In this document: positions 35,914 through 46,466 of the stretch, piece after piece
How the letters are laid out: each line of letters opens with the position of its first letter
Position numbering within the stretch: position 1 is the stretch's first letter
IMG/VR virus record: IMGVR_UViG_3300030390_001877
Span: 1-64,000 of that record
Origin: a virus
Reading direction: 5' to 3' (one strand)
DNA length: 64,000 nt
Notes under the pieces: model-generated
Seen by the model: the letters and a program-made list of their open reading frames with translations, nothing else
Database searches by the model: none
What the model was told of the DNA's origin: nothing
Position numbers and translations under genes: made by a program

Positions 35914-35928
35914 TAAAGGAGGTTTGAG

Positions 35929-36537
35929 ATGAAGAGTTTTGAAGAAGATTTTTATACAGAGGATTATGATAAAGAGATGTTGGATTTTATCGAGGAGAAT
36001 TATTCTGTAGATAAGGTTAATGGTTGGGTTGTACAAGCCTCACTGATCCACCGTCACGGAGAGTTTTTCGTTTCAAGATACGATGGTAAAGATCGTGGTC
36101 TGGAACTCTTAACAAAAGAACAATTTAAGGAGAAGATTGGTATGACAGAAAATCTTACAAATAAGATTACTCCATCTGATGAGGGCGTGTTTACGAAAGA
36201 TATGCTTAAAGATGGTATGTTCGTTAAAATGAAGGGGAATATTTACATGGTGCTTGGGAAAGTATTATGTTCTTATGACCGTTATATTTTATTAGAAGAT
36301 TATGATGATGGTTTGAACGATAATGAAGAAGAAGTGTGGAATATCCAAGAAGTGTATATAGTAGAAGGAGAGGATAATATTGCGCCATTAAACTATTTCC
36401 TCAGCGGTAATGGTTTAAAATCTATCTGGAAACGTCCTCCAGAGAAAACCCTTGCACAAAAACACCTTGAGGAGAAGATTGCTATTACAAGAAAGCACCT
36501 TCTGGAATTAGAGAAACTTTTAGAGGAGAATTCTTAA
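35929..36537 (+). CDS. hypothetical protein
   Basis: AAGGAGG RBS. Confidence 0.8.
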   Translation: MKSFEEDFYTEDYDKEMLDFIEENYSVDKVNGWVVQASLIHRHGEFFVSRYDGKDRGLELLTKEQFKEKIGMTENLTNKITPSDEGVFTKDMLKDGMFVKMKGNIYMVLGKVLCSYDRYILLEDYDDGLNDNEEEVWNIQEVYIVEGEDNIAPLNYFLSGNGLKSIWKRPPEKTLAQKHLEEKIAITRKHLLELEKLLEENS

Positions 36538-36746
36538 TGACACACGCACACGTACAAAAATGTATTGAATCTGGAAAGATCGATTCTGCAACAAAATTAC
36601 ATGTTACCCAAGAATGTAGGCGTGTGATGGATACCTATGCTGATGAGATGAGAAGGCTTAAACTAGAGATGCTTGAGGTGGAACAGGGTATTTCTGATGC
36701 AAAGGAAACTTTAGAGAAGGTAGCTGATTTGGAGGTGGTGTTGTGA
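36537..36746 (+). CDS. hypothetical protein
   Basis: coupled. Confidence 0.7.
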   Translation: MTHAHVQKCIESGKIDSATKLHVTQECRRVMDTYADEMRRLKLEMLEVEQGISDAKETLEKVADLEVVL

Positions 36747-37096
36747 GTTTTGATTACGGATATACATGTTATTATATTGACAAAGATATAGACTCTTTCA
36801 AGGAAGCATCCTTCGAAACGTGTAAATGGTTTGTGGAAAGTATCTACTCTGATGAAGGGATTGATATTTCCAAGGAGGCTATTCTTGCGAAGAGTAAGGA
36901 GCTTTCTGGTGAGTTGTATTCTGACGCAGAAGATATCTTCGAGAACACACGTTCTCATAACGAGGATATGCGTGGGGCTGCTGACTCTCAGATAAGTGAT
37001 TTGAAAGGGGGTATAGAAGACTTGGAAGAGAGGTGTCATTTGTTGGAAGAGGAAGTGGCTGCTTTGGAGAAAGAACTTGAGAGGATGAGTGAATGA
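36743..37096 (+). CDS. hypothetical coiled-coil protein
   Basis: GGAGGTGG RBS, GTG start. Confidence 0.75.
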   Translation: MSFDYGYTCYYIDKDIDSFKEASFETCKWFVESIYSDEGIDISKEAILAKSKELSGELYSDAEDIFENTRSHNEDMRGAADSQISDLKGGIEDLEERCHLLEEEVAALEKELERMSE

Positions 37097-37353
37097 ATAA
37101 ATTAGATTATGAAAAACTAGGTAACCTTATTATGGAGAATGGTCTTGAGGGTGGAATGGGTTTATTCTTTTCTTACGAAGGAGAAGAACACTTTGCAGAA
37201 CAGGTGGAACTTTTAGAATTAGATTTATTTGCATCAACGGAATGCTTAGAACATGTGATCAAGCGGTTAATGTATAAGTATTTACAAGAATGGGGTAAAC
37301 AAGATAAAATAGAGGAAATCTTTCAACCTATGGTGGATATTTGTGATGAGTAA
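37093..37353 (+). CDS. hypothetical protein
   Basis: coupled. Confidence 0.7.
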   Translation: MNKLDYEKLGNLIMENGLEGGMGLFFSYEGEEHFAEQVELLELDLFASTECLEHVIKRLMYKYLQEWGKQDKIEEIFQPMVDICDE

Positions 37354-38071
37354 GATTAAATACTACAACAACAATCCGTGTAAAATATTACGTGAGGTTG
37401 GAGAAGGTTTTTCTGAGGTGGTTGTATTTCCTCATGTACAAGATATAGAGTTACAAGGAAGTGAGTGGTGTACCGCTTGTCAAGTGGGTGGTATGGACGG
37501 AGCTTATCCTTCTCATGAATGTGAACCTTACCAAGAAGTGATTGACGTGGTTAATAGTTTGCGTGAAGAAGAGGGTGTAGTCATCATTGCTGATAATCGT
37601 CTTATCCAAGAGGAGATGGTTGAGTGGAAGGCTTGGAACTTGATTAAGAAACGTTGTGCAGAAATTACTGAATTACACAATGAAACTCGTAGGCAACGTA
37701 GTGACCTTCTTATAGAAACACACAGGTTACAAGAGAGTATTAAAACTTTACAAGAGGATGTCACTCTTTTAGAGGACACTAGAGAGAATATTCTTGTTAG
37801 GCTTAACGAGACTTTTGATAAATACGATACTATAAAAAGTGAACTTTCATCTGCACAAGATAAGCAAACTTCTGTGACGTTGGATTCTAATTTTAAAGTA
37901 GATTTATCTATAGATACGCTACGTAGTTTGATTGAATCAAGTATTAAATTGGAACAGCTTGAAAATGGTGGTGTGGATAATTGGGAATGGTACGGAGAGA
38001 GTGTTGATTGGGATAACCTTGATAATCTTGTAGATGAAGAATTGAAGAGTTATAAGGTGGAAATCTTATGA
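37346..38071 (+). CDS. hypothetical coiled-coil protein (C-term LENGGVDNWEWY)
   Basis: ORF track; heptad region. Confidence 0.75.
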   Translation: MSKIKYYNNNPCKILREVGEGFSEVVVFPHVQDIELQGSEWCTACQVGGMDGAYPSHECEPYQEVIDVVNSLREEEGVVIIADNRLIQEEMVEWKAWNLIKKRCAEITELHNETRRQRSDLLIETHRLQESIKTLQEDVTLLEDTRENILVRLNETFDKYDTIKSELSSAQDKQTSVTLDSNFKVDLSIDTLRSLIESSIKLEQLENGGVDNWEWYGESVDWDNLDNLVDEELKSYKVEIL

Positions 38072-38298
38072 GTGAAGAAGATATTATAAAGTTAATTAAA
38101 TCTACTATAAAGGAAAACCTTGAAGTAGATATTTATACTGAGAGTGCTAATACCATAGGTTCGAATGTTGTAGTGGAGTTAGCTTTTAAAGGAGAGGAGG
38201 AACCTTTTTATAGAAACATCTCTTACTTAACTGCGGACTACTCTGAGGAAGAGTGGATGGGCGATGTTAGTAAAGATGTTATCATAGAGATTTGTTAA
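38068..38298 (+). CDS. small acidic protein
   Basis: coupled. Confidence 0.7.
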   Translation: MSEEDIIKLIKSTIKENLEVDIYTESANTIGSNVVVELAFKGEEEPFYRNISYLTADYSEEEWMGDVSKDVIIEIC

Positions 38299-38299
38299 T

Positions 38300-38614
38300 A
38301 TGAAAATAGCTTTAGATTACGATGAAACTTTTACAGCAGCACCTATCCTGTGGAAGATGTTTATTCAACTTGCAATACAATACGGGCACGATGTTAAGTT
38401 TGTAACATACAGAGATTCACGTTACAATAATGACGATATTTGTGCAGACGCTTATGATTGCAAGATAGATATTATTTTCACAAATGGTGTTCAGAAACAA
38501 CACGTTTACCAAGCGGATATCTGGATAGATGATTCTCCTGAGACAGTGGTATCTTATGAGAAGATGTTATCTATGTGTGAAGGGTGTGAATTGAGAGGAG
38601 ATACTGGTGAATAA
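38300..38614 (+). CDS. HAD-superfamily phosphatase-like protein
   Basis: motif I ALDYDET, VTYR, motif IV IWIDDSP. Confidence 0.75.
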   Translation: MKIALDYDETFTAAPILWKMFIQLAIQYGHDVKFVTYRDSRYNNDDICADAYDCKIDIIFTNGVQKQHVYQADIWIDDSPETVVSYEKMLSMCEGCELRGDTGE

Positions 38615-38903
38615 AACAATATACCGTTACACAGATGACTCTTGGATAGATGGACATGAAGACTGTTCTTGCTGCAGTGGGCTTCTTTTCGAAACATATA
38701 ATGCGGACGGATGGCCTCAGAATGGAAGTGCTTCTGATAAATGGGGACTTTATGTTGATGTGCTAGTTGCCCATAAAGCAAAAGAATTTGAAGAAGATTA
38801 TGTGGAGATGGGTAATTGGGCATACGGTCTCTATGAGGGATTAACCTTGGAAGAGTTGGCATCTTTGTGTGAGAGGTTGGGTGTAGTTTTGGAGGAGGTG
38901 TAG
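38607..38903 (+). CDS. hypothetical protein
   Basis: GTG start after AGGAG. Confidence 0.7.
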   Translation: MNKTIYRYTDDSWIDGHEDCSCCSGLLFETYNADGWPQNGSASDKWGLYVDVLVAHKAKEFEEDYVEMGNWAYGLYEGLTLEELASLCERLGVVLEEV

Positions 38904-38904
38904 T

Positions 38905-39192
38905 TTGAGTGATGATTATAAAGTTGGCAGTTGTGTATGTTCTACTACAAATTTAACAGGATGTGGCATAGTTATTGCTATTAAAGAGAACTCTGAGGAT
39001 AAGAAAAATATTTTAGGAGAGTATCAATATCAAATTTTAACAGATTTTGGTAATATCATAAAACTTACTTATGAAGAGATTAATAATAACTATGAAGTAG
39101 TACGAGAAGATAATATCCGTGAAAGGTTTATTCGCCAAAAGGAATTACTTTTAGAGGCGGAAAATTACTTACATAAGTTGGATTTAATTTGA
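38905..39192 (+). CDS. hypothetical protein
   Basis: TTG start after GGAGGAGG. Confidence 0.7.
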   Translation: MSDDYKVGSCVCSTTNLTGCGIVIAIKENSEDKKNILGEYQYQILTDFGNIIKLTYEEINNNYEVVREDNIRERFIRQKELLLEAENYLHKLDLI

Positions 39193-39202
39193 GGAGATTG
39201 AT

Positions 39203-42200
39203 TTGAGTGATGACGGTTTATTTATTGGAGAACACCAGTATTGTTTAGCTAAAGAGTTTCCTGTTAAATCAGATGGAACGCAGCGTAGGTCTTGCGGTTC
39301 AAGTGACGCATTAGCTATTTATGAACATACAACTGTAGATGGTGTTACTTGGTATGATGGTACGTGTTTCTCTTGTAAACAAAAGTTTGATAGAGAAGAA
39401 GTACACTCTAGTAGTTTGTCAGGTTTTTTAGGGGTAGGAGAAGGTACTCTAGATGTAGTAGATAAAAAGGAGTTTGAAAATAAAGCTACTAAGAAGAAAA
39501 AGATTACTCGTGAAGAAGTGCAAGATCTTTGGTTGCGTACTGGAGGCAGGGAAGGTAATTCTGGTAAAGGTTATCGTGGTTTAAGTGATTGGGTGCTTAA
39601 ATTTTATGGACACAGAGTTGAGTATGATAAGCAAGGGAAGGTAAGTTCAATATATTACCCAGAGACTTCATCAGAAGATGGTAAGCTTAATGGTTATAAA
39701 TCTAGACACTTACCTAAGAAATTTGGTATAGGTAATCTAGGTAAGACAGGGGTAGTAAATCAGCTATCAGGGCAGCATAAGTTCCCTAATGGTGGGAGGT
39801 ATGCGTTAATTGCCGCTGGAGAAGAAGATAAGTGTGCTGCACAAGATATGCTACGTGAATACCAAAAGATGAAAGGACAAGAAGATTATGATCCTTATGC
39901 TGTAGTATCCCCTACAACAGGAGAACCCTCCGCAGCTAAACAATGTAGGCAACAGTATGATTGGTTTGATAAGTTTGAAGTTATAATTATTGGTATGGAT
40001 TCTGATGAAGTAGGGGAAGAAGCAGCCTTAGAGATTGCAAAAGTCTTACCAAGAGATAAAGTTAGAATAGCTAGATGGTCAGGTAAAGATCCAAACCAAA
40101 TGTTACTTGATGGTAAAAAGAAACAATTCTGGAGTGATTTCTTTGGTGCTAAGGAAGTCGTAGATAGTGGGGTATATAACGCTAATGATGACATGGTACA
40201 AGATGTAATTGATGTACTGACTACTCCTAGGATACCTTTACCTCATTTTGCTAGTAAATTAGAAGCTATGACAAAAGGATCAGGTTTGTTTACTAGGTCT
40301 ATATACTCATTAATAGGGGATACATCTGTAGGGAAGTGTCACGGAAAAGGTACAACTATTTTGATGCATGACCTTACTACTAAGAAAGTAGAAGACGTGG
40401 AGATAGGTGATCTGTTAATGGGGGATGACGGAACTAAAAGGGAAGTCAAGAAAGTACATAAAGGTTTTGATACTTTATACAATATAGAGCAATGTGATGG
40501 GGTTAATTATACTGTAAACAGTAAACATACACTATCCCTTAGAACAGGTTTTGATACTGTAATTAAAGGGTCTGACAGAAATAAAAGTAGAAGGTGTGCT
40601 GTTGATTATAAAAAAGGGCAAATTGTTAATATAGATGTACAAGATTATATTAAACTTCCTGCTTTAGCTAAAAGGTCTTTGAAAGGGTATAAAGGTTCTA
40701 TCCAAGAAGGCATAACTAGTAATATTAAACACCCTTGGTTATTAGGTATGTGGTTAGGTGATGGGCACACTAACCAAGCGAGAATAACTTTAGCTAAAAG
40801 TAATGTTGAGATCATAGATAAAATTGAAGATATAGTAAGAGAAGAGGATTATTACATAACTGTACCTCCTTCTTGTGATAGAGATACTACTTACACTTAT
40901 AGTATTGGTGGAGGTTTTAGAACTTATCTTACAAAACACTCTTTGATAGGGTTTAAGCATATCCCTAAAGATTTACTTTTAGGTAGCAGAGAAGAAAGAT
41001 TGCAACTTTTAGCAGGTATTATAGACTCAGATGGGTATCTAAATAGTAATGGTTGTTCTTATGAAGTTACTCAAAAAAGTAAAAAGTTAGCAGAAGATAT
41101 ACAAACTTTATGCAGGACTTTAGGTTATCGTTGTAGTATTAATTTGAGCAAAAAGTCTTCACAAAATGGTACAGTAGGTGAGTACCACAGAATGTGTATT
41201 ACAGGTGCTATTCACGAGATACCAGTAATCTTGTCTTATAAAAAGGCAAAAACTCAATCTGATTTACGTAAAGACAACAACACAGCTATAAAAGTGTCTT
41301 GTTTAGGTGGAGGAGATTATTATGGTTTTGAGGTAGACGGTAATCATCTATATTGTTTAGAAGATTTTACAGTGACACATAATAGTACGCACATAGATGC
41401 ATGGATATTCCATTGGATGTTTAATGTACCAGACCATAAAGTAGGTATTGTGAGTGTAGAAGCCACTAAAGGCGAGTGGGTTGCTGGTATGTTGTCTACT
41501 TATCTAGAAAATAACCTTTGGTGGATTCCTGTAGATGAGATAGAAAGTTATATGAATACTCCAGAAGTAAAAGCTAGAATTAATAACTTCTTTTACAATG
41601 AATATGGAGAAAGTAGGTTCGCTATTGTTGATGATAGGGAAGGAACAGTAGAGTCTTTGCAGAAATGTATAGACAAACTTGAGAGGCAGTACGGTTGTAC
41701 TATTATAGTGAATGATGTACTTACAGATATACTTCGTGTTGTAGATAATGAAGCTCAAGCAAGACATTTCAACTGGCAAAGTAATTTCGTTAAGAATGGT
41801 GCTACTATTTTCAATATATTACACACTCGTAAGTCAGGTGATAATCGAGGAGGAAAACCTACTTTCCCTAATGAGTTTGATGCCTACGGTAATTCTATCT
41901 TCGTCCAGAAAGCAGCAGGTAACTTTGTAATAGCCCGTAATAAAGAAGCACCTAACGATGATACTATTGAACAAAACACTACCTACTTGAGAGTACCTAA
42001 ACTTAGAAAAGGTGTTACTGGTAGTGGTGGTGCTTGGTATTATGACGGGGAAACTAGGAAGGTTTATGATCGAGATACCTACTTTAAGGATAATCCTGAA
42101 AAACTACCAACAGGTTATGACTTATCTATAAGCAGTTTTGATAGAGCCTATTGGGAAGAAGGTGGGCGTGGTTGGGATGGTGTTTCTGATAATAAAGGAG

Positions 42201-42280
42201 GTTTCACTAAAAAAGCGGTTAAAGTTGAAAAGGTAGAAAAAGATTGGGAAATAGATGTTGGAGATGGTACTAAATTCTAG
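39203..42280 (+). CDS. T7 gp4-like DNA primase-helicase containing an intein
   Basis: Zn finger C..SDA...CFSC, TOPRIM GEED...DSD, Walker A GDTSVGK[intein]ST, helicase VSVE, FNILHTRK. Confidence 0.92.
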   Translation: MSDDGLFIGEHQYCLAKEFPVKSDGTQRRSCGSSDALAIYEHTTVDGVTWYDGTCFSCKQKFDREEVHSSSLSGFLGVGEGTLDVVDKKEFENKATKKKKITREEVQDLWLRTGGREGNSGKGYRGLSDWVLKFYGHRVEYDKQGKVSSIYYPETSSEDGKLNGYKSRHLPKKFGIGNLGKTGVVNQLSGQHKFPNGGRYALIAAGEEDKCAAQDMLREYQKMKGQEDYDPYAVVSPTTGEPSAAKQCRQQYDWFDKFEVIIIGMDSDEVGEEAALEIAKVLPRDKVRIARWSGKDPNQMLLDGKKKQFWSDFFGAKEVVDSGVYNANDDMVQDVIDVLTTPRIPLPHFASKLEAMTKGSGLFTRSIYSLIGDTSVGKCHGKGTTILMHDLTTKKVEDVEIGDLLMGDDGTKREVKKVHKGFDTLYNIEQCDGVNYTVNSKHTLSLRTGFDTVIKGSDRNKSRRCAVDYKKGQIVNIDVQDYIKLPALAKRSLKGYKGSIQEGITSNIKHPWLLGMWLGDGHTNQARITLAKSNVEIIDKIEDIVREEDYYITVPPSCDRDTTYTYSIGGGFRTYLTKHSLIGFKHIPKDLLLGSREERLQLLAGIIDSDGYLNSNGCSYEVTQKSKKLAEDIQTLCRTLGYRCSINLSKKSSQNGTVGEYHRMCITGAIHEIPVILSYKKAKTQSDLRKDNNTAIKVSCLGGGDYYGFEVDGNHLYCLEDFTVTHNSTHIDAWIFHWMFNVPDHKVGIVSVEATKGEWVAGMLSTYLENNLWWIPVDEIESYMNTPEVKARINNFFYNEYGESRFAIVDDREGTVESLQKCIDKLERQYGCTIIVNDVLTDILRVVDNEAQARHFNWQSNFVKNGATIFNILHTRKSGDNRGGKPTFPNEFDAYGNSIFVQKAAGNFVIARNKEAPNDDTIEQNTTYLRVPKLRKGVTGSGGAWYYDGETRKVYDRDTYFKDNPEKLPTGYDLSISSFDRAYWEEGGRGWDGVSDNKGGFTKKAVKVEKVEKDWEIDVGDGTKF
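40337..41383 (+). mobile_element. intein (349 aa) with LAGLIDADG homing endonuclease
   Basis: starts C-HGKGT after GK, ends VTHN before S; WLLGMWLGDG and LLAGIIDSDG motifs. Confidence 0.92.
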
Positions 42281-42324
42281 TACCTCTCTTTTAAGTTAAC
42301 TCTAATGAATTTATAGGAGAAATA

Positions 42325-45165
42325 ATGCAAGCAGAGTTTTTAAAAGATAAGAGTAAATTTACAAATAGGTTGCTGCATAGTGACGTGGAAGCTAGAGGCT
42401 TTATAGATATAGTTAATAAACCTGAAGATGTGTGGTGTTTGGTTTCAAGAGATGATGAAACTGATGAGGTATTTATATTCCACGACTACCCTGAGTACGA
42501 TAACGCAGAAGTATTCGACCAAGGAGAGAAACATATTATTCCTCCTAGAACAGGAACTCTCTTAGACGGAGTTAGGTTTTGGTATCTAGCAGGTAAGAAT
42601 GGTAGTAAGCTATCTGTGCATAACTGCTTCACCTATGATAAACCTTTAATAGAAAAGATCTGGCCTAAGTGTATTATTGATGATGATGTTTGGGTAGATA
42701 CTTTTATACAAAGTAAGATTCAATATTTTGACAGACCACAACGGAAAGGAGCTAAATCTCCTCACGGTTTGTTGAATTACTCTTTGATGGAAGGTAATAA
42801 GAAACCTGAAGTAGAAGACTTTAGTATTATGAATGCTTTTATGCTACATCGTTGTATAGTAGATACTAAGACTCAGAAGTTTGCACATAACTATCTTAAA
42901 AAAGAAAGAGATATGCTTTTGAGTAAGCTTGGTATTGACATGCAAGATGCTTATAAGATGGAGGTAGAGTATACAAAAACATGTTACGAGCAAGAACAGT
43001 ACGGAGCTAAGGTAGATGTACCACATATTAAAAAATGTATTGAATATCTTGATAAAACTACCGCAGATCTAGCAAAAGATATAACACCTAAACTCCCTCC
43101 TACTATTAAGGTAAGTGGTGGCAAAGTATCTCGTGTTGAGATGGCAGGTTTGTTTGGTTATGATACATCTGGTATGAAAGATGAGATGGAAATGGTTAAG
43201 AAAGATGGTGAAATGGTTTCCCAACCAGTTAAACCTTATTATAAACCTACCACTAATTTCCATACTATTAAAAAAGTTAATCAATATTCAGGTTTTAATA
43301 TTTCCTACGGGTACAGCCCTAAGTTTACTAAAAAGAATGACCTGACTAAATGGATTAAATCTCAACACCCCAAAGGTGACACTGCAAAAGTAAAAGAGTT
43401 ATCAGACTTCGTAAAAGAATGGGAGATTGATAAAAACATTGAAGAAACTAAACTTTTAAATAAAAACACTTGTGATTATTTTGAAGTAGAACCAGAAGAT
43501 ATAGATGTTATTGCTGGTGCTCACACTAAAATTAAGTTTGTTGAAAGCTCTTTGACCCAACATGAAGTGGTAAAAGGTTATCTGATAAAAGAAGGTATAA
43601 AATTCGCAGAAGAATGGAATCTTAAGAAGGATGGTGAAGGTCAGATCATAAAAGCTGAATTTGATACTGAAGTTAGGTATCCACCTAAAGCCAGAAGAGA
43701 TCAACAAATGGTGTTGAAGATTAAAAAGGGTGATGCATTAGTAACTTCCCCTAAGTTCGGGGAAAAAGAATATGCTCAATTAGAATCAGAAGATGGTAAG
43801 AATGTAGGTATGTACAACACTTTGGTACACCGTAGGCGTTACCTTGAGAACTACAAAGACCCAGAAAATAAAGGCTTACTTTCTTACGTAAGAGAAGATG
43901 GTAGGGTTGGTGCTGGTGTTAATAACTTCAACACTGCAACTGGGCGCGCATCACACAGAAAAATTGTAAATTTGCCTGCTGATGGTGCTGTATTTGGTAA
44001 AGAAATGCGACAATGTATTGTTGCTGATGAAGGAAAAGAGTTAGTCGGTATTGACCAAAAATCTAGCCAACTTTCTATATGCGCTTTTGTAACTAACAAT
44101 ACAGATTATTATGAGGCGGTTGCGACAGGGGTAGAATTCGAAAATGATGAAAATGGAAATCCTATTTTCCATGGTTCTAGTGCTCATTGTGTGAATTCAA
44201 GATATTTTAATTTGGTAACCAAAGAAGAATGGGCAGATGCAGTAAGAACACAAAACCCAGATTTGATACATGATATTGTACTCAGACGTAAAAAATCCAA
44301 AGGATTAAGTTTCGCTTCGTTATTTGGTTGTGGTCCTGCTAAGTTAGCTTTAATGGGTGGTTTTGAAGTATCAGAAGCTAAAACAAAACTGCAAGCCTTC
44401 TTAGATAATATGGGTTTATCTGAGGTAATAAAATTTCTAGAAGTATGTAGGGAGAAATACAAAAGAGGTAAAGGTTTTTATATACCAACAGGGTTTGGGT
44501 ATTGGGTTTATTGCGGAGGTGTACATAAATCAACCAACTACCTGATCCAGTCGCTAGAAGGAGTGGTGCAAAAGAAAGCAGTTGAAATAATGAAACAGAG
44601 GTTTATAGAAAAAGGTTATTGGGGAAAAAGCGTTAATAAAATACTTGATATGCATAAATATTGTGCCTTCTAACCGTGAGGTTAGTCGAATAACTCCGTT
44701 AATTACTGGAAACCTTAACTAGATTTGTTAATATTATCGTGAGATAAATTTAACATGTTTGTAGAAGGTGATCAGAAGCCACACTGTTCTTACAGTAGGT
44801 TCAGAGACTATCGAAAGCGTATGTATCAATGGAAGATACTATATACAGCAAGTAGAGTAGGGTTCAAGCGAATTCGAAAATGGAGCATCTTAGTTAAGAT
44901 GATTATATAGTCCGACTCTGTTAGAAATAACAGGAGATTTAGCGAGTCTCATAAGTAGGTGGATGAAGTATTATTAGAAGTAGATAAAGGTATGGGTGTT
45001 GAGGTAGGCAAAATCGCTTGTGAAGCTTACACTCAAGCTGGAGTGGAATTAAATAAATGGTATAAAGAAAATTTACATTTATATCCTGCAGGCGGTACAC
45101 CTAAGATTACCTGTGATTTTGCAGGAGGTTATGCTGTTGGGGTAGACTACGCAAGTTGCCATTGA
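42325..45165 (+). CDS. family A DNA polymerase; join 42325-44655 and 44962-45165 (844 aa)
   Basis: ExoI DVE, motif A GIDQKSSQL, motif B K..SFASLFG; splicing restores motif C LDMH|DEVL. Confidence 0.92.
44656..44961 (+). ncRNA. group I intron (306 nt, no ORF) in polymerase motif C
   Basis: P1 GCAU/GUGC with U-G pair; P AAUUACUGGAAA, R GUUCAGAGACUA, S UAUAUAGUCC; terminal G. Confidence 0.92.
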
Positions 45166-45185
45166 TTTTTAATAAGGAGTATACT

Positions 45186-45992
45186 ATGAGAAAAAGAAAG
45201 TACGGAGAAGGTTACACAGCAATAGGTAATTATGGAGAATTTACAGTAATATCTTATTTGAATAAAAATGAAGTATTGATACGTTTCAATGAAACGGGTT
45301 ATGAAGTTTGGTGTGCATCTAATAATGTAGCTAAAGGTACAGTAAGAGATCCTTACTTTAAGTCTGTCTATGGGGTAGGTTATATAGGAGACACTGCAAC
45401 ATCTAATAGGGTAGGGGATAAAAATATACTTAAAACTTCTTACAATACTTGGCACGATATGCTAAGACGTTGTTACGCAAACAACGAAGGTAAAATGAAA
45501 ACATATGAGAATTGTGATGTGTGTGACGATTGGTTGTGTTATGCTACATATGAAAGGTGGTTTGATGATAACTATATTGAAGGTTTTCAGGTAGATAAAG
45601 ATTTCTTAAAATTAGGTAACAGAACATATTCTCCTGAAAATTGTGTTTTTCTTCCTAGAGAGATAAATGCTACTATAGGCTTTAAGACTAATAATACCAC
45701 CCGACAAGAGGATTACAAGGACTTACCAGTTGGAGTATCTTTTCATAAAAGAGATGAAGTATATACCGCTAGATGTTGGTGCGATGGAAAACTAAAATCT
45801 TTAGGTTACCACAAAACACCTGATTTAGCTTTTAGCTCTTATAAAAAATTCAAAGAAGATAAATTGAAAAGCTTAGCTGAGTTTTACTTTTCTGAAGGTA
45901 AGATTTGTCAAGAAGTTTACAATAATTTAAAAAATTATGTTGTATATCCAGAAGGTCATGCTTATTACCTGAAAAACTACAACATACAATAA
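45186..45992 (+). CDS. free-standing HNH-type homing endonuclease with AP2-like domain
   Basis: W.DMLRRCY, VCDDW, QVDKD..GNRTYSPENC, then GVSFHKR..YTA..SLG; ATG 45186 after AAGGAG. Confidence 0.8.
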   Translation: MRKRKYGEGYTAIGNYGEFTVISYLNKNEVLIRFNETGYEVWCASNNVAKGTVRDPYFKSVYGVGYIGDTATSNRVGDKNILKTSYNTWHDMLRRCYANNEGKMKTYENCDVCDDWLCYATYERWFDDNYIEGFQVDKDFLKLGNRTYSPENCVFLPREINATIGFKTNNTTRQEDYKDLPVGVSFHKRDEVYTARCWCDGKLKSLGYHKTPDLAFSSYKKFKEDKLKSLAEFYFSEGKICQEVYNNLKNYVVYPEGHAYYLKNYNIQ

Positions 45993-46084
45993 ACCCGCCC
46001 TCCCTACGAGGGCAACCCTCCCCAAAAAGAATACCTCTCCTAAAAGTATCCCCCCAAATAATCCCCTTTATTACAAAATTCCCC

Positions 46085-46129
46085 TTGACAAATAATACCC
46101 TCTCCCCTAATATCTCCTTATCGAAACAG
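46085..46129 (+). promoter_or_regulatory. promoter with TATCGAAACAG start element
   Basis: TTGACA-17-TAATAT-N5-TATCGAAACAG. Confidence 0.8.
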
Positions 46130-46165
46130 AATGTTTCAAATTAAAAACTTTAGGAGAACTACCTT

Positions 46166-46465
46166 ATGAATAAATATTACGATAACCAAACTAACAACTT
46201 TCCAGAAGTATCTGACCCTCTTGAAGCAGTACATCTTATTCAAAAGGTGCTACCTTCCTTACAAAGAATTTCTTCTGCAATGTATACTCTAGGGTTGCCC
46301 GTTTCTGATGATCTAGATTCTATTTGTGCAGAGATAGAACATTTATCTAAACAAGCTGCAGATGGTATTTGCAGAGAGTCTACTGAAAGATTAAATGATA
46401 TTCAGGAAACTAACAGTAAGTTGATAGGTGCTTTGTTTCAAAATATCCTTGAGGAGGGTAAATAA
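46166..46465 (+). CDS. hypothetical protein
   Basis: AGGAG RBS. Confidence 0.75.
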   Translation: MNKYYDNQTNNFPEVSDPLEAVHLIQKVLPSLQRISSAMYTLGLPVSDDLDSICAEIEHLSKQAADGICRESTERLNDIQETNSKLIGALFQNILEEGK

Positions 46466-46466
46466 T

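Noticed and set aside
42325-44673. DNA polymerase as a truncated pseudogene
   Set aside because: The stop lies inside a group I intron, and splicing restores motif C.
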